From Squalus acanthias (lineage: Eukaryota), in assembly GCA_030390025.1 (NCBI GenBank), contig CM059438.1, positions 68,450,001 to 68,514,000 of the forward strand: 64,000 nt of DNA, read 5' to 3'. How positions within the stretch are numbered: the stretch's first letter is position 1; each line of letters starts with the position of its first letter. The notes beneath the pieces are model-generated. The model searched no databases and was not told the DNA's origin. It saw nothing but the letters and a program-made list of their open reading frames with translations. A program made the translations under genes and the position numbers. Below, piece after piece: positions 63,878 through 64,000 of this stretch.

Positions 63878-64000
63878 AGTATTTCTATCAAGGGGGGCCT
63901 CAGAGAGGTGCTGCACAAATCTCTCAGCCAAGTAAACAGAATGCATGGAGATAATATGAGAAATAAGGAGATGGAATCCAAAAGTAGGCTATATTAACTG

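Noticed and set aside
1..64000. CRISPR array or prokaryotic defence system
   Set aside because: There is no regularly spaced repeat-spacer structure or operon-like coding density. The content is vertebrate transposon-derived.

Overview
Repeat-dominated vertebrate DNA with no host protein-coding gene that I can recognise; it is probably intronic or intergenic. The repeat families (HE1/V-SINE, Deu-domain SINE, HER1/CR1-type LINEs, RTE, Penelope) point to a shark or other elasmobranch. The window holds a full-length but decayed Ty3/Gypsy element (10877-16790, with nested CR1 and RTE insertions) and three solo LTRs. It also holds many PIF/Harbinger-type (PHIS) DNA transposon derivatives and MITEs with A-N-T target duplications, three of which keep a Myb/SANT exon. 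The most striking structures are two near-perfect fold-back palindromes (8852-9346, 45076-45317) built from Penelope-like pseudo-LTRs. Each carries a minimal hammerhead ribozyme on both strands, shows stem covariation between copies, and is flanked by a 12-13 bp TSD. A second Penelope family (GIY-YIG remnant) carries a different minimal hammerhead. Family names come from recalled motifs rather than database searches, and boundaries of old repeats are approximate.
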